A stretch of 53,831 nt of DNA from Candidatus Curtissbacteria bacterium (GCA_016183325.1 JACPEV010000019.1:1-53831), one strand, 5' to 3'; shown: positions 15,097-24,439, counted from the first letter of the stretch. A program made the numbers and translations. The notes: generated by a model not told the origin, from the sequence alone.

Positions 15097-16278
15097 AAGC
15101 TCCAAGTATTGGTCTTGCACCTGCTTGTTGTATCTTTCAAGGGTAAAATTTTTGATGATGTGGCTGCGGGCGAATTTACCAAATTTCTGACGAAGCCTTA
15201 GGTTTGTGGCCAGTGTTAAGATTTTTTGGGCAAGTAAATCTGGGCTTTTGGGAGGTACCAGGAAGCCATTTTGACCATCTTTAACAATTAAATGGGAGTT
15301 TTTAGAAGATGTGGCAACAGTCGGCAGGCCGCAGGCAGCGCCTTCGGCAAGTGCCAGTCCGAAAGATTCGGACGGCGAGGTTGAGACTAAAATATCGCTT
15401 GCTTGATAAACTTGTGGCATAAGGTCGGGGTTAACAAACCCGGTGAACCTTATTCTTTTTTTGAGGTCGGGATTATCTTTTAGATAATTTTTGACTTGAA
15501 GGTAGTAGCTATTTTTGGTGGCTGAGAAGTCGCCAAGCTTTGAGCCGACGATTAAAAAAAGAGCGTTTTTAACTTTTTTCTCAACTATTCTGGCAGCTTT
15601 TAAAAAAGTCAGGTGATCTTTTTGCTGATCAAGGCGACCGACAATGGTGATGACGAGGTCATTTTGGGGTAAGTTGAGAGCTTTTCTAGTTTCTTGTTTC
15701 TGGTAGCTGGTTGCCCGCGCACCATTCGGTGCGGGGTAAACTGGTTTAAAAAGAGAAGTGTCGATGCCGAAGGGAACTATATTAACCTTCGATCGGCTGA
15801 TGATTTTTCGTCGGGTCAAGGATTGGGCTGTTTGGGGGGTGTTGGCTAGGATTTTGTCGACGAATAGATTGGTAATCAAGTCTTGGTAAAAATAAATCGA
15901 GTCCCAAGGCCCATGGGCAGTTGCCACAACTGGCAAGTTTAGCAGTTTGGCGACTGAGCCAGCATAGATAGCAAGTGTTAGATGGTTGCTGTGGATAAGA
16001 TCTGGCTTGATTTTCTGCAAGAGTCTAATAAGATGGTAAAGATCAAAGGGAGAGGCGCCGGGAACGAAGAAAGTACGAGCAAGATAAGGATTAAGTTTTA
16101 AGTAATAAGTGTTAATTTTTAAGGATTTAAGTTTTTGGGAAAGCTGGCCTTTTTGAGGAAGGATAACAATTGGCTTAAAATGGCGGCGATCAAGACTTTT
16201 GATTAGTGAGAGCAGAATTGTTTCTCCACCGCCGATATGGGGAAATTGGGTTAAATAGAGGATTTTAGATTGTTGCAT
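15082..16278 (-). CDS. GT4-family (GT-B) glycosyltransferase
   Basis: SESFGLALAEGAACGLPTVAT (E-x7-E region), N-terminal GGGE motif. A small GC-rich hairpin at 15714-15736 lies in frame (PAPNGARA). Confidence 0.85.
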   Translation of the reverse strand: MQQSKILYLTQFPHIGGGETILLSLIKSLDRRHFKPIVILPQKGQLSQKLKSLKINTYYLKLNPYLARTFFVPGASPFDLYHLIRLLQKIKPDLIHSNHLTLAIYAGSVAKLLNLPVVATAHGPWDSIYFYQDLITNLFVDKILANTPQTAQSLTRRKIISRSKVNIVPFGIDTSLFKPVYPAPNGARATSYQKQETRKALNLPQNDLVITIVGRLDQQKDHLTFLKAARIVEKKVKNALFLIVGSKLGDFSATKNSYYLQVKNYLKDNPDLKKRIRFTGFVNPDLMPQVYQASDILVSTSPSESFGLALAEGAACGLPTVATSSKNSHLIVKDGQNGFLVPPKSPDLLAQKILTLATNLRLRQKFGKFARSHIIKNFTLERYNKQVQDQYLELLAFD

Positions 16279-16331
16279 TGTTGCATTGGGATTATATATC
16301 AGCCCAAGTGTTTATGATAAACTGAGCAGGA

Positions 16332-17614
16332 TTGATGAGGGTCCTTTTTGTTATTAGGGCAGTCGAGCATTATCCCTATTTTAGATCAATAGTTGAAGCG
16401 TTACTTGATCGTGATCATGATGTAAAAATTCTTTTTGATCGAGATTGGAGTCAAAGAGGGCTAGATTTGGTTGGGATAAAGCTGAAGGGGGTTTCTTACG
16501 GTTGGACAGTGCCATATTTAGTCCGGTTAAGAAGGATTATTTTTTGGATACGGGATCTTTTAAGTTATATTCGCTATCTAAAAGTCAGGGGACAATCCGG
16601 TTTTTATAAAGATCGTTGGCGCAAAGTGTTATTTGTGCCTGTCCAGTGGTTTTTGAAAATTCCTTTTGTGGAATTCCTTTTAAAAACTAAGGTAACTGGG
16701 CGAGTGTTGGCGGTTTTGGAAACAGTGACAGGACCTGTTTCTGAAATAGTTGAAGACATCAGGCAGTTTGATCCCGCCGTAGTTGTGGCAACGCCTGCTA
16801 ATATGCCTCATTCGTCTGCCGATCTTGAGTACTTAAAGGCAGCTAGGGCACTTTCGATACCGACAGCTTTGCCCGTTTTTTCTTGGGATAATTTAACTAC
16901 AAAGGGATTAATTCATATAAAACCAAAAGTTTTGCTTGCTTGGAACGAAAAACAAGTTCAGGAGGCATGGAAACATCATGGAATAGCAAAAAGAGACATA
17001 AGGATTTGAAATGGGGGATAGACGCCAAATGGCCGATACTTTGCTATCTAGAAACATCTGATAGTTTGACCGGAGATGAGAGAGGGTTAGTTTTAGAGTT
17101 GAGCCATAAGTTGAAAAAGTCACGAGATTCGAAACTTAAAAATACACAGATTATTGTGCGTCCTCACCCTTTTAAGTCGCATTTTGGTAATTTTAATGAA
17201 TTAGATGTCTTTGTAATTCCCAAAAGAGGAACGTGGCCGAAAGACGAAGACTCGATCCAGCTTTATTTTGATACTCTCTATTTCTCTTTTGCTGTTTTTG
17301 GAATAAATACAAGCGGACTAATTGATGCGGTCTGCTGTGACAAGCCAATTGTGACTTTAAATCTTGAGCAATATGGTAAGACTCAGAGCCAGACGGAACA
17401 CTTTAAGCAACTTATTAAAAATGACGTTTTGGAAATTAGCAGTAGAGAGGAGTTCTCAAGGATACTTGCGGAACTGTTAAGAGGCAAAGACAGAAGGAGG
17501 AAGCAACGCGCGAATTTTATCAAAAAATTTATCAGGCCAAAGGGCTTGGAAGTTGCAAGCGGAGAGACAGCCGCCTTGGAGATTGAAAAATTGGCTTACC
17601 AGAACATACAATAG
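16332..17614 (+). pseudogene. GT-B-fold-like enzyme split into two overlapping ORFs (16332-17009 and 16940-17614) by a 1-nt frame change
   Basis: ORF1 looks like an N-terminal Rossmann half (MRVLFVIRAVEHYPYF...). ORF2 looks like a C-terminal half (IVRPHP...GINTSGLIDAVCCDKPIVTL). Frames differ by -1, and A5 runs lie at 16948-16952 and 16988-16992 within the overlap. Confidence 0.5.
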
Positions 17615-17624
17615 TTTAATATTA

Positions 17625-18575
17625 ATGATGATGAGAAAAACAAAAGCAGTTAGACAGGGAGTAATTTTGGCAGCCGGACGGGGCTCACGGGCCTTGCCAC
17701 TTTCGATGAAATATCCAAAGCCGCTTTTGCCCGTTTTAAATAGGCCAATTTTGGAGTACCAAATTGAGGCTCTAAAAAATGCAGGAATTAATGAAGTGAT
17801 CATAGTAATTGGATTTTTGGGGGATAAAATTAAAAAATATTTTGGTAATGGCCAGAAATACGGAGTTGATATTAGCTATGTTTATGACAACAATCCACAA
17901 GGAATTGCTAGTTCTCTTTTTTCGGTAAAGGACAAGACGCAGGGTCCATTTGTTTTATTTTTAGGCGATATTTTCATGGATAACATTGATCTTTTACCTT
18001 CCATAAAAAAATTCAATGAATATGAGGCCAATGGGGTTGTGATCGGACGGGTAGACAGTTTGGAGAAGATCAAGGGAAATTTTGCGATAGTTTACGATAA
18101 GAGAGATTTGATCAAGAAAGTTGTTGAGAAGCCACAAAAACCTTCTGGCAGGGTAAAAGGTTATGGATATTACATTTTTGACCAGGGGATTTTTGAGGCA
18201 ATCGGCAAAACCGGCAAATCAAACCTAAGAGATGAAATTGAAATAACTGACTCGATTCAGACATTTATAGACTTGGGAGCCAGAGTTGTGTGTGATTTGT
18301 GGGATAAGTGGGATGTCAACGTGACTGACCCGGGAGATTTGCTTGAATGTAATTTAAGAATGTTACGTCTGAAAAATTTGAAAAATTTGATTGATGATAC
18401 GGTAATTATTGGTAATAATGTGGAGATTGCCTCTTCTATTGTAGGCAAACAGGCTAAAATTGGTGATAAAGTGACTTTGTCTGAGTGTTTAGTTTTACCA
18501 AATGTTGAAGTAATTTCCGAGGGAAACTTTGCCTCAAGGTATATTTTTGGAGAAGGGGTTACAGTTTCTGTTTGA
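17625..18575 (+). CDS. sugar-1-phosphate nucleotidyltransferase with C-terminal left-handed beta-helix
   Basis: GVILAAGRGSRALPLS signature (G-x-G-x-R). Hexapeptide-like IIGNNVEIASSIVGKQAKIGDKVTLSECLVLPNVEV. ATG triplet at 17625-17633 just after the upstream stop. Confidence 0.85.
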   Translation: MMMRKTKAVRQGVILAAGRGSRALPLSMKYPKPLLPVLNRPILEYQIEALKNAGINEVIIVIGFLGDKIKKYFGNGQKYGVDISYVYDNNPQGIASSLFSVKDKTQGPFVLFLGDIFMDNIDLLPSIKKFNEYEANGVVIGRVDSLEKIKGNFAIVYDKRDLIKKVVEKPQKPSGRVKGYGYYIFDQGIFEAIGKTGKSNLRDEIEITDSIQTFIDLGARVVCDLWDKWDVNVTDPGDLLECNLRMLRLKNLKNLIDDTVIIGNNVEIASSIVGKQAKIGDKVTLSECLVLPNVEVISEGNFASRYIFGEGVTVSV

Positions 18576-18594
18576 GTAAAGCTAGTTGGGTCTT

Positions 18595-19983
18595 ATGAAG
18601 ACGGGGGGCCGGGCAAGAAATATTTCCCTAATTATTCTTTTTTTTGCGCTTCTTGTAATTTCTTTCAATTTTCTTTTAAAAGCTTTAATCGTTCTGCCAG
18701 ATGAGCAAGAAAAATATCAGGGACGTTACATTTGGGTAGAATCTGTTAATTTGTATTTGAAAACCGGAAAGATATTGATGTTTCCAAAAGACAGACCGTT
18801 TGCGGATGTATTTTCTTTGCAGGAGGGGAGAATGATTGTTTTTAACAAAGACCAGAGATTGGAAGACGTTTGGCCGGATGACGATCAAGGATATCCATTT
18901 ACTATTTCGCTTCTGGCTAAAGTTTTTCAATTAAAAGAGGTTTCCGCAGTTACTTTTATCAAATTCAATTATTTGATACTTATGACTTTTGGGGTCTTAG
19001 CTGGCGCTGCGCTTTTTTTGGCTTTCAGAAGCTTACTTATTGCAATTTTGTTCTATTTTCTCTATTTGAATATACATATTTATGACGGAATTTTTGATCA
19101 CCATTGGCTTTTGGGGGCATATTTGCCTTTTTATTTAACTTTCTTGATATTTTTTATCAAAAAAAGAAGAGTCTTTAAGCCCGTTTGGTTTGCATTTTAT
19201 GTACTGGTTGCCGGTATTGCCAATATTTTGAGGGGAGGGGATGGCCACGTTGGAATTCTTCTTTTAGTACTAGCGATGTTGATAATAGCTTTATATGAAG
19301 GTTTTAAACAATTCTTCTTAAAGCTGTTTTTGAAAAAGAGCCTTTTATTTATTATTTTTTTAATCGCCGTATACATCCTACCAAGTACAGTTCTTGGCAT
19401 ATCTAGATACTTGCGAGACCAGAGGTATTTTAATGGTCGGCATACAGATGTTATACCTTACCATGGTTTTTGGCACGGGGCTTTTATGGGGCTTGGGTAT
19501 ATTCCTAATAAGTATGGGATTAAAAATGAAGATACCAGCCCAATTAACTTTGCCAGAAAATTAAATCCACAAGTGAAATATCAGTCTTTTCAATATCACA
19601 GTTTGCTTCGGAGGCTATATTTTGAATATTCTTTTGAGTCACCATCTCACTGGTTGAAAAACTACTTAACAAAGCTATTGGATATGCACATGTTGATAAA
19701 TTGGTGGTTTAGCAGACTTACTTTGGATATTTTTCCATTTAATTTACTTGGGAACTTCGTTTTGTATGTTTCGCTTTTTTTGATATGGTTATTTTCAAAA
19801 AGAGACAAGATGTTGATGAGTGTTTTTTGGCTTATTGTATTTTCAATAGCACTTTCTACTCTTCCAGGTTTCGTGCGGTCTCCTGGCTCTTTCTATCTAA
19901 AGGGATTGCTTGCCGCTCTTTTTATGACTGTATTTTATTTGGCGACTTTAATTTTTCTTAGAATAAAACCTTATACAAGTTGA
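18595..19983 (+). CDS. polytopic membrane protein, unknown (possibly polymerase/GT-C-like)
   Basis: More than 10 hydrophobic helices and no recognisable motif. Alternative TTG start at 18586. Confidence 0.55.
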   Translation: MKTGGRARNISLIILFFALLVISFNFLLKALIVLPDEQEKYQGRYIWVESVNLYLKTGKILMFPKDRPFADVFSLQEGRMIVFNKDQRLEDVWPDDDQGYPFTISLLAKVFQLKEVSAVTFIKFNYLILMTFGVLAGAALFLAFRSLLIAILFYFLYLNIHIYDGIFDHHWLLGAYLPFYLTFLIFFIKKRRVFKPVWFAFYVLVAGIANILRGGDGHVGILLLVLAMLIIALYEGFKQFFLKLFLKKSLLFIIFLIAVYILPSTVLGISRYLRDQRYFNGRHTDVIPYHGFWHGAFMGLGYIPNKYGIKNEDTSPINFARKLNPQVKYQSFQYHSLLRRLYFEYSFESPSHWLKNYLTKLLDMHMLINWWFSRLTLDIFPFNLLGNFVLYVSLFLIWLFSKRDKMLMSVFWLIVFSIALSTLPGFVRSPGSFYLKGLLAALFMTVFYLATLIFLRIKPYTS

Positions 19984-20010
19984 GAGTGAGCCTCACCAGT
20001 TAATTATACT

Positions 20011-20109
20011 ACAGGACTTACGCAAAAATTCCGAATTTAGCTTCAGACTCTGGACAAGTCCTAGACCCGGACCTTAGGGCCAGAATGACAAACTGATGAC
20101 TTGTCCCAG
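20011..20109. mobile_element. second copy of the MITE-like element seen at 11535-11640
   Basis: ACAGGACTTACGCA start. 54-bp core at 20037-20090. Internal stem CTGGACAAGTC (20050-20060) / GACTTGTCCCAG (20098-20109). Confidence 0.5.
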
Positions 20110-20218
20110 TAACCTTATATCGACAACCGAAAGCTAACAGGTTTTCAACAAGCTCTGAGTAATTACTGAGTAAACCGAAGTGTTGTAAACTCGACTTAAA
20201 CGGGTATATAATTCTTTT

Positions 20219-20488
20219 ATGAAACAAACACACATCATCTCTGACCCAAAAGTCTTAGGTGGAAAGCCAGTTATTTCTGGTACTAGAATTTCAGTGGAGT
20301 TAATTTTAGATAGAGTAGCTTCTGGGATGAGTGTCAAAGAGATTTTAAAAGATTATCCGCATTTAACAGCCAAACAGGTTCAGGCAGCCTTATCTTATGC
20401 CAGAAGCTTAGTTATTAAAAAGTCCCCCCGTTCTAAAATGGATCAGCCAGAACCCACTACCCTATATACTCATGAAATTTCTCGCTGA
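20219..20488 (+). CDS. DUF433-family antitoxin-like protein
   Basis: ISDPKVLGGKPVISGTRISVELILDRVASGMSVKEILKDYPHLTAKQVQAALSYA is the classic DUF433 pattern. Confidence 0.85.
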   Translation: MKQTHIISDPKVLGGKPVISGTRISVELILDRVASGMSVKEILKDYPHLTAKQVQAALSYARSLVIKKSPRSKMDQPEPTTLYTHEISR

Positions 20489-20816
20489 TGAGGATTTCCC
20501 CAAGCCTTTAGTGGCAAAAATCCAAAAGCTAGGTCATTCGGTTAAAACTATTCAGCAGAAGAATCTTCAAGGATCATCAGATGAAACAGTTGCCTCTCTT
20601 GCTTTAAAAGAAAAGAGGGTTGTATTGACCTTTGATAAAGACTTCCTCAAAAATCAACCTAAGAACTTACAAGTTGTTATCTTTCATTATCCTAAAAAGC
20701 CAACTTCTGAAATTACTCCATTCATTGAAAGCTTCTTAGAAGAATTACAAATGATTAAATTCTCTAAAGGTAAAATTTTACAGTTTAGTAAAAATGGATT
20801 GGAAAAACAGAAGTAG
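20472..20816 (+). CDS. DUF5615-family PIN-like toxin candidate
   Basis: MKFLADEDFPKPLVAKIQKLGHSV N-terminus. 17-nt overlap with the DUF433 gene. Confidence 0.75.
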   Translation: MKFLADEDFPKPLVAKIQKLGHSVKTIQQKNLQGSSDETVASLALKEKRVVLTFDKDFLKNQPKNLQVVIFHYPKKPTSEITPFIESFLEELQMIKFSKGKILQFSKNGLEKQK

Positions 20817-20880
20817 CCAAGGTTAAATCCCACTTCTGGAGTGGGAGTTGGGGTAATAGAATGGGTTTCAAACAATACTG

Positions 20881-21054
20881 AGGAGAATCAGATTGTTCAG
20901 CTTGATTTAAGTTTCCGCCTGGTCTCTCAGCCATAATGGCTGAAATTGTATCAAGAATTGACTCCAATGTAAACTATGGGGTATATAAGCATTCACATAT
21001 ACCCCAAAGCATGCCAGCTGGTTAGACCAGGCTGAAATTGAGATTCATTCTCCT
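20881..21054. repeat. ~175-bp long-range imperfect inverted repeat with nested hairpins
   Basis: AGGAGAATCAGATT...GCCTGGTCT on the left versus AGACCAGGC...AGATTCATTCTCCT on the right. Inner hairpins at ~20927-20943 and 20978-21005 (GGGGTATAT...ATATACCCC). Confidence 0.45.
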
Positions 21055-21066
21055 GAAACTCCGTGC

Positions 21067-21933
21067 TTAAGAAGGAGAATACCTGACTTTCATATAAAGC
21101 CAATTGGTTTTTAAAAAAAGCCATAAAATAAGCCACGATAGTGCCCCAAAATATTTTTTGTAATAGACCAAGATGTCATGTTCGGCAAGTTGATATCGTT
21201 TGGACGAGGTTAATTTGGAAAGTCCTTTTGACCCAAAGTGGGTAAACACAACATCTCCTTTATGATAGACTTGATAACCTGCGTTTTTGGCTCTCTGGCA
21301 AAAATCAGCCTCACCGTAAAAAAAGAGTAAATCTTCATCAAAATAACCTATTTTTTCGAGTAATTCTTTTCTGCCGATAATAAACGAGCCTGGTAAAACA
21401 TCAACGCTTTTTGTAGACTTTCTGTTCCAGCCTTTGTAGCGATACTTATTAAGTAGGTTTTGGCAATATTGGCACAGTGGATGCGAGAGCCTTTTGAAAA
21501 TAGGGCTTGATTCTAATAGTTCCACAATTGGAGTAGGAAATCTTGAGCAAGTTGTATCTGTTTTGCCATTTTCGTTGATTTGACGACAGCTTGTGAGTCC
21601 GATTTCCTTGTTTTGGTCCATAAATTTAACCATTTTTTCCAAAACGCCGGGACCAATTTCGGTGTCTTCATTTAAGATTAAGAAATAACGACCCTTAACT
21701 CTTCTTAAGTTCTGATTGTGGCCTTTGATATAAAGTTTATTTTGGCGGCTGGCAACAAGTTTAACTTGGGGGAATTTTTGCTTGACCATTTGGGCCGAGC
21801 CATCTTTGGAGCCGTTGTCGACAAGCAGGATTTCATAGGTTATAGATTTTGTATTTTTGATAATTGAGTTTAGGCAATTTTCAAGAAGTTCTTTGGTATT
21901 AAAAGAAAGGAGGGAAATTGAGAGGTCAGTCAT
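21067..21933 (-). CDS. GT2-family glycosyltransferase
   Basis: ISLLSFNTKELLENCLNSI...YEILLVDNGSKDGS and ILNEDTEI motifs. Confidence 0.85.
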   Translation of the reverse strand: MTDLSISLLSFNTKELLENCLNSIIKNTKSITYEILLVDNGSKDGSAQMVKQKFPQVKLVASRQNKLYIKGHNQNLRRVKGRYFLILNEDTEIGPGVLEKMVKFMDQNKEIGLTSCRQINENGKTDTTCSRFPTPIVELLESSPIFKRLSHPLCQYCQNLLNKYRYKGWNRKSTKSVDVLPGSFIIGRKELLEKIGYFDEDLLFFYGEADFCQRAKNAGYQVYHKGDVVFTHFGSKGLSKLTSSKRYQLAEHDILVYYKKYFGALSWLILWLFLKTNWLYMKVRYSPS

Positions 21934-22028
21934 GGTTAATAGTAAATAGTTAATAGTTAATGGTTAATAGTAAATAGTTAATGGTTTATGGTTAATTTTG
22001 TCAATTGTCAATTGTCAATTGTCAACTT
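21934..22028. repeat. two abutting heptamer arrays (9 x RGTWAAT, then 4 x TCAATTG) filling a divergent intergenic region
   Basis: The array ggttaat agtaaat agttaat agttaat ggttaat agtaaat agttaat ggtttat ggttaat spans 21934-21996. The array tcaattg x3 + tcaactt spans 22001-22028. On the minus strand these read TTGACAA boxes upstream of the GT2 start. Confidence 0.9.
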
Positions 22029-22080
22029 AGGACTTGAGTTTTGGAACCTGACAATATTATTGTGGTAAGGGGTTTTGTTA

Positions 22081-23286
22081 ATGATTAAGCCGGAGATTTT
22101 AGAGGCTTCTCTTCTTTTGATTCTGCTCGTTGATATCCTGCGCTCTAATTTCTTGACATCTTTTGGACTGATTCTAATTTTAGCGGCCCTGCTTTTTATT
22201 TTTTTGGGATTAACTTTTTGGCAATATTTATCAAAAAAGCAATTTTTTGGCATCCGGTTTTTGGTAGTTGCCATAATCTTGGCAATTTTATATGTGTTTT
22301 TGCTAAAGTGGCACATCGATTTGCGCCAAAATCAGGCCGACTATTCTCTGCATGATGGGGCGGTGCTAACAGAAGCGGCGACAGAGGCGATATTGGCCAG
22401 AGAAAATCCTTATGAAATTAATTATAGAGGCGCTTTCACAAATGTTTTCAATAAGCCGGTTGAGGTTGTTTATGACCACTATATGTATTCTCCGGTGACA
22501 TTTTTGATAAATATTCCTTTTAAGATTATTTTTAGCAATTTTTTAAATTTTTATGATTTTAGGATTACTTTGGTTATTTTTTTACTTTTGTCAGCAGCAA
22601 TTGCCGTTTTTCTTGTTGAACAAAAGATATTATTTTTGATAATTTTCTCACTTAACCCAATTTTTTTACAGTCGACTTTTTATGGGGCTAATGAGATACT
22701 AATTCTTTTTTGGATTTTAGCCACAATTGTTTTTTTTAAATTTAAGAAACTGGAACTTTCGGTAGTGATGCTGGCTCTGGGAACAGGTACTAAATTGTTA
22801 ATTGTGCCCTTTGTGTTGTTGTATTTTGTTTATCTGTTAATATTATTTAAAAATAGAAATAATCTTTTTGAGTATTTTAAATTGGTTATTATTTATCTGG
22901 TTGTTTGTCTCTTAATTTATTTGCCATTTTTATTATGGAATTTTCCAAGTTTTGTCGACGATGTCATCTTTTTCCACCTGAAAGGGGGAGGAGAACTGCA
23001 TTTTATTGCTGGTTTTTTAGGTATTCCGCAAATTCTTTCAAGATTGGGACTGATATCGGTTTTTTCTGCTTTCCCTTTTTATTTGTTGCAAGGGGCAATT
23101 GCGATTGGTTTTTTGGTCGTCGCCCACAAAATTTTTAAAAAATCATTGAATATAACTACGTTTTCTTTTTTATTGGTGTTTTATTTTAGTCTGATATTCT
23201 TGTTCTCAAGAATACTGCAAACTAGCTATATTGCCTTTCTTTCAGAGCTATTAATATTGGCCAGTTTTACGGCTAAACGCAGATGA
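22081..23286 (+). CDS. GT-C-type polytopic membrane glycosyltransferase candidate (DUF2029/GT87-like)
   Basis: ENPYEINYRGAFTNVF...YDHYMYSPVTFLINIPF is paralogous to KNPYSISYQDALANW...DHFPYLPAIVIINSAGY of 45591-46904. 10+ TM helices. Confidence 0.6.
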   Translation: MIKPEILEASLLLILLVDILRSNFLTSFGLILILAALLFIFLGLTFWQYLSKKQFFGIRFLVVAIILAILYVFLLKWHIDLRQNQADYSLHDGAVLTEAATEAILARENPYEINYRGAFTNVFNKPVEVVYDHYMYSPVTFLINIPFKIIFSNFLNFYDFRITLVIFLLLSAAIAVFLVEQKILFLIIFSLNPIFLQSTFYGANEILILFWILATIVFFKFKKLELSVVMLALGTGTKLLIVPFVLLYFVYLLILFKNRNNLFEYFKLVIIYLVVCLLIYLPFLLWNFPSFVDDVIFFHLKGGGELHFIAGFLGIPQILSRLGLISVFSAFPFYLLQGAIAIGFLVVAHKIFKKSLNITTFSFLLVFYFSLIFLFSRILQTSYIAFLSELLILASFTAKRR

Positions 23287-23356
23287 GTTCTCACCTCCAC
23301 TCTAATTTCCATATAGAAGAGAGAATGCCCTTAACTCATCAATTAGATATTATCCA

Positions 23357-23437
23357 CTAAACAATCTTCAAAGACTCAACATCTGCTTTTAACTCTTCAA
23401 CTAGTTTCTTGGGGGTATAATATCCTCTTTGCTTGCC
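23357..23437 (-). pseudogene. possible C-terminal remnant of the IS30-family transposase
   Basis: My translation ...IKSGKQRGYYTPKKLVEELKADVESLKIV* resembles the IS30 C-terminal ..N.RPRK.LGYKTP.E.. motif. Weak. Confidence 0.3.
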
Positions 23438-23506
23438 AGATTTTATCCTCAAGCCAAGTGAGCATCATTTTGAGATTCTTTAATCCTGCAGCGTGTCAAA
23501 AAACTC

Positions 23507-23770
23507 CTATTTATAAACATCCCATATTTTTTTAGCTATGATTTTATATCTAGGAATTTTTTTTGTTTCACCAAATGAATCCAACATAAGTTTATATACT
23601 CTGTCAAGAAAAACTGTTTCTATTTTCTCTTTTTTAAGTAATTTCATAATTATTTTAATCTCAAGATCATACTCATCTTTATTTTTTAATTCCTTAATGT
23701 ATACACCTCCCGGATCTTCGTCAAATAAGATAGATCTAATTTTAGATTCTAGTATTTTTAAATTTTTCAT
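23507..23770 (-). CDS. small cytoplasmic protein, immunity-protein-like
   Basis: ILFDEDPGGVYIKELKNKDEYDLEIKIIMKLL resembles the WDPIG...DEYD pattern seen in several polymorphic-toxin immunity families. Weak. Confidence 0.4.
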   Translation of the reverse strand: MKNLKILESKIRSILFDEDPGGVYIKELKNKDEYDLEIKIIMKLLKKEKIETVFLDRVYKLMLDSFGETKKIPRYKIIAKKIWDVYK

Positions 23771-23780
23771 GAGATAAAGT

Positions 23781-23999
23781 TTAAGGCTTGCTCTTTAGTA
23801 GATTATTTATGTAGTTTGGTTTTACGTCGTCTATTACAGTCGTAATGTCATTTCCTGCTCTACCTACAAATATTTTTGTTTTTGGATCATAGTAACCTAG
23901 TTTCCATTGCCCTTCATGATAATATTTGAATGGTTTTATAGTTTTCATCATGTTCAACACTTGCTTTTCAGTTATCTTCCCGCAGGTGAGTCCTGACAT
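23781..23999 (-). CDS. small protein, possibly an orphan toxin C-terminal module
   Basis: 72 aa: ...KLGYYDPKTKIFVGRAGNDITTVIDDVKPNYINNL. Sits immediately upstream of the immunity-like ORF. No motif recognised. Confidence 0.3.
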   Translation of the reverse strand: MSGLTCGKITEKQVLNMMKTIKPFKYYHEGQWKLGYYDPKTKIFVGRAGNDITTVIDDVKPNYINNLLKSKP

Positions 24000-24243
24000 A
24001 CAAAAAGACCAATGGGTTTTTTAAAGGGGCTTTGTACCTTTGTCTCCACCCTCTTTTATCAGAAAGTTTGTGGGCTCTGCATGGAATATACTGCGTTCCA
24101 TATTTAGCGTTTCTCTTTAACTCCCTGCCTAAAGTTGTATCTGATCTTTTAAGTCTTTTACCGATATCCCTAAGGGATAATCCTTGAGATTTTAAAGCAT
24201 ACAATCTCTCCCGCTCTTCCAAGCTTAAGTGTTTGTAACTCAT
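23968..24243 (-). mobile_element. IS30-family transposase, N-terminal HTH fragment only (no DDE domain)
   Basis: LSLEERERLYALKSQGLSLRDIGKRLKRSDTTLGRELKRN is the IS30 HTH_38 signature. The ORF stops after 91 aa. Confidence 0.7.
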
Positions 24244-24439
24244 AAATTAGTACACCTCCCTTCAGGTATGTATTTTACCTAAAGTGCTGCACTTCGTTTA
24301 TGAATTAAAGAAAGGGGTGGTTTCTTATTACATTAGGCTCGAAAAGCTCAATTTCCACCTATCATATTGGCTGGATACGAACTAACCTGTTACGATATAC
24401 GTTGTTGACGGGACTTGGGGCGGGATATTATCTTAAAGT

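Noticed and set aside
16940-17009. Programmed -1 ribosomal frameshift joining 16332-17009 and 16940-17614
   Set aside because: There is no canonical X_XXY_YYZ slippery heptamer in the zero frame and no obvious downstream pseudoknot or hairpin. An indel or homopolymer error is more parsimonious.
22008-22316. Track ORF 22008-22316(-)
   Set aside because: It lies antisense to the start of the membrane-protein gene and runs into the heptamer array (ends ..LTIDN). It is lysine-rich and low-complexity.
24405-24431. Sigma70-like promoter TTGACG-N15-TATTAT upstream of the 957-aa gene
   Set aside because: The spacer is only 15 nt and the start codon follows within about 10 nt. This is too weak to report as a feature.
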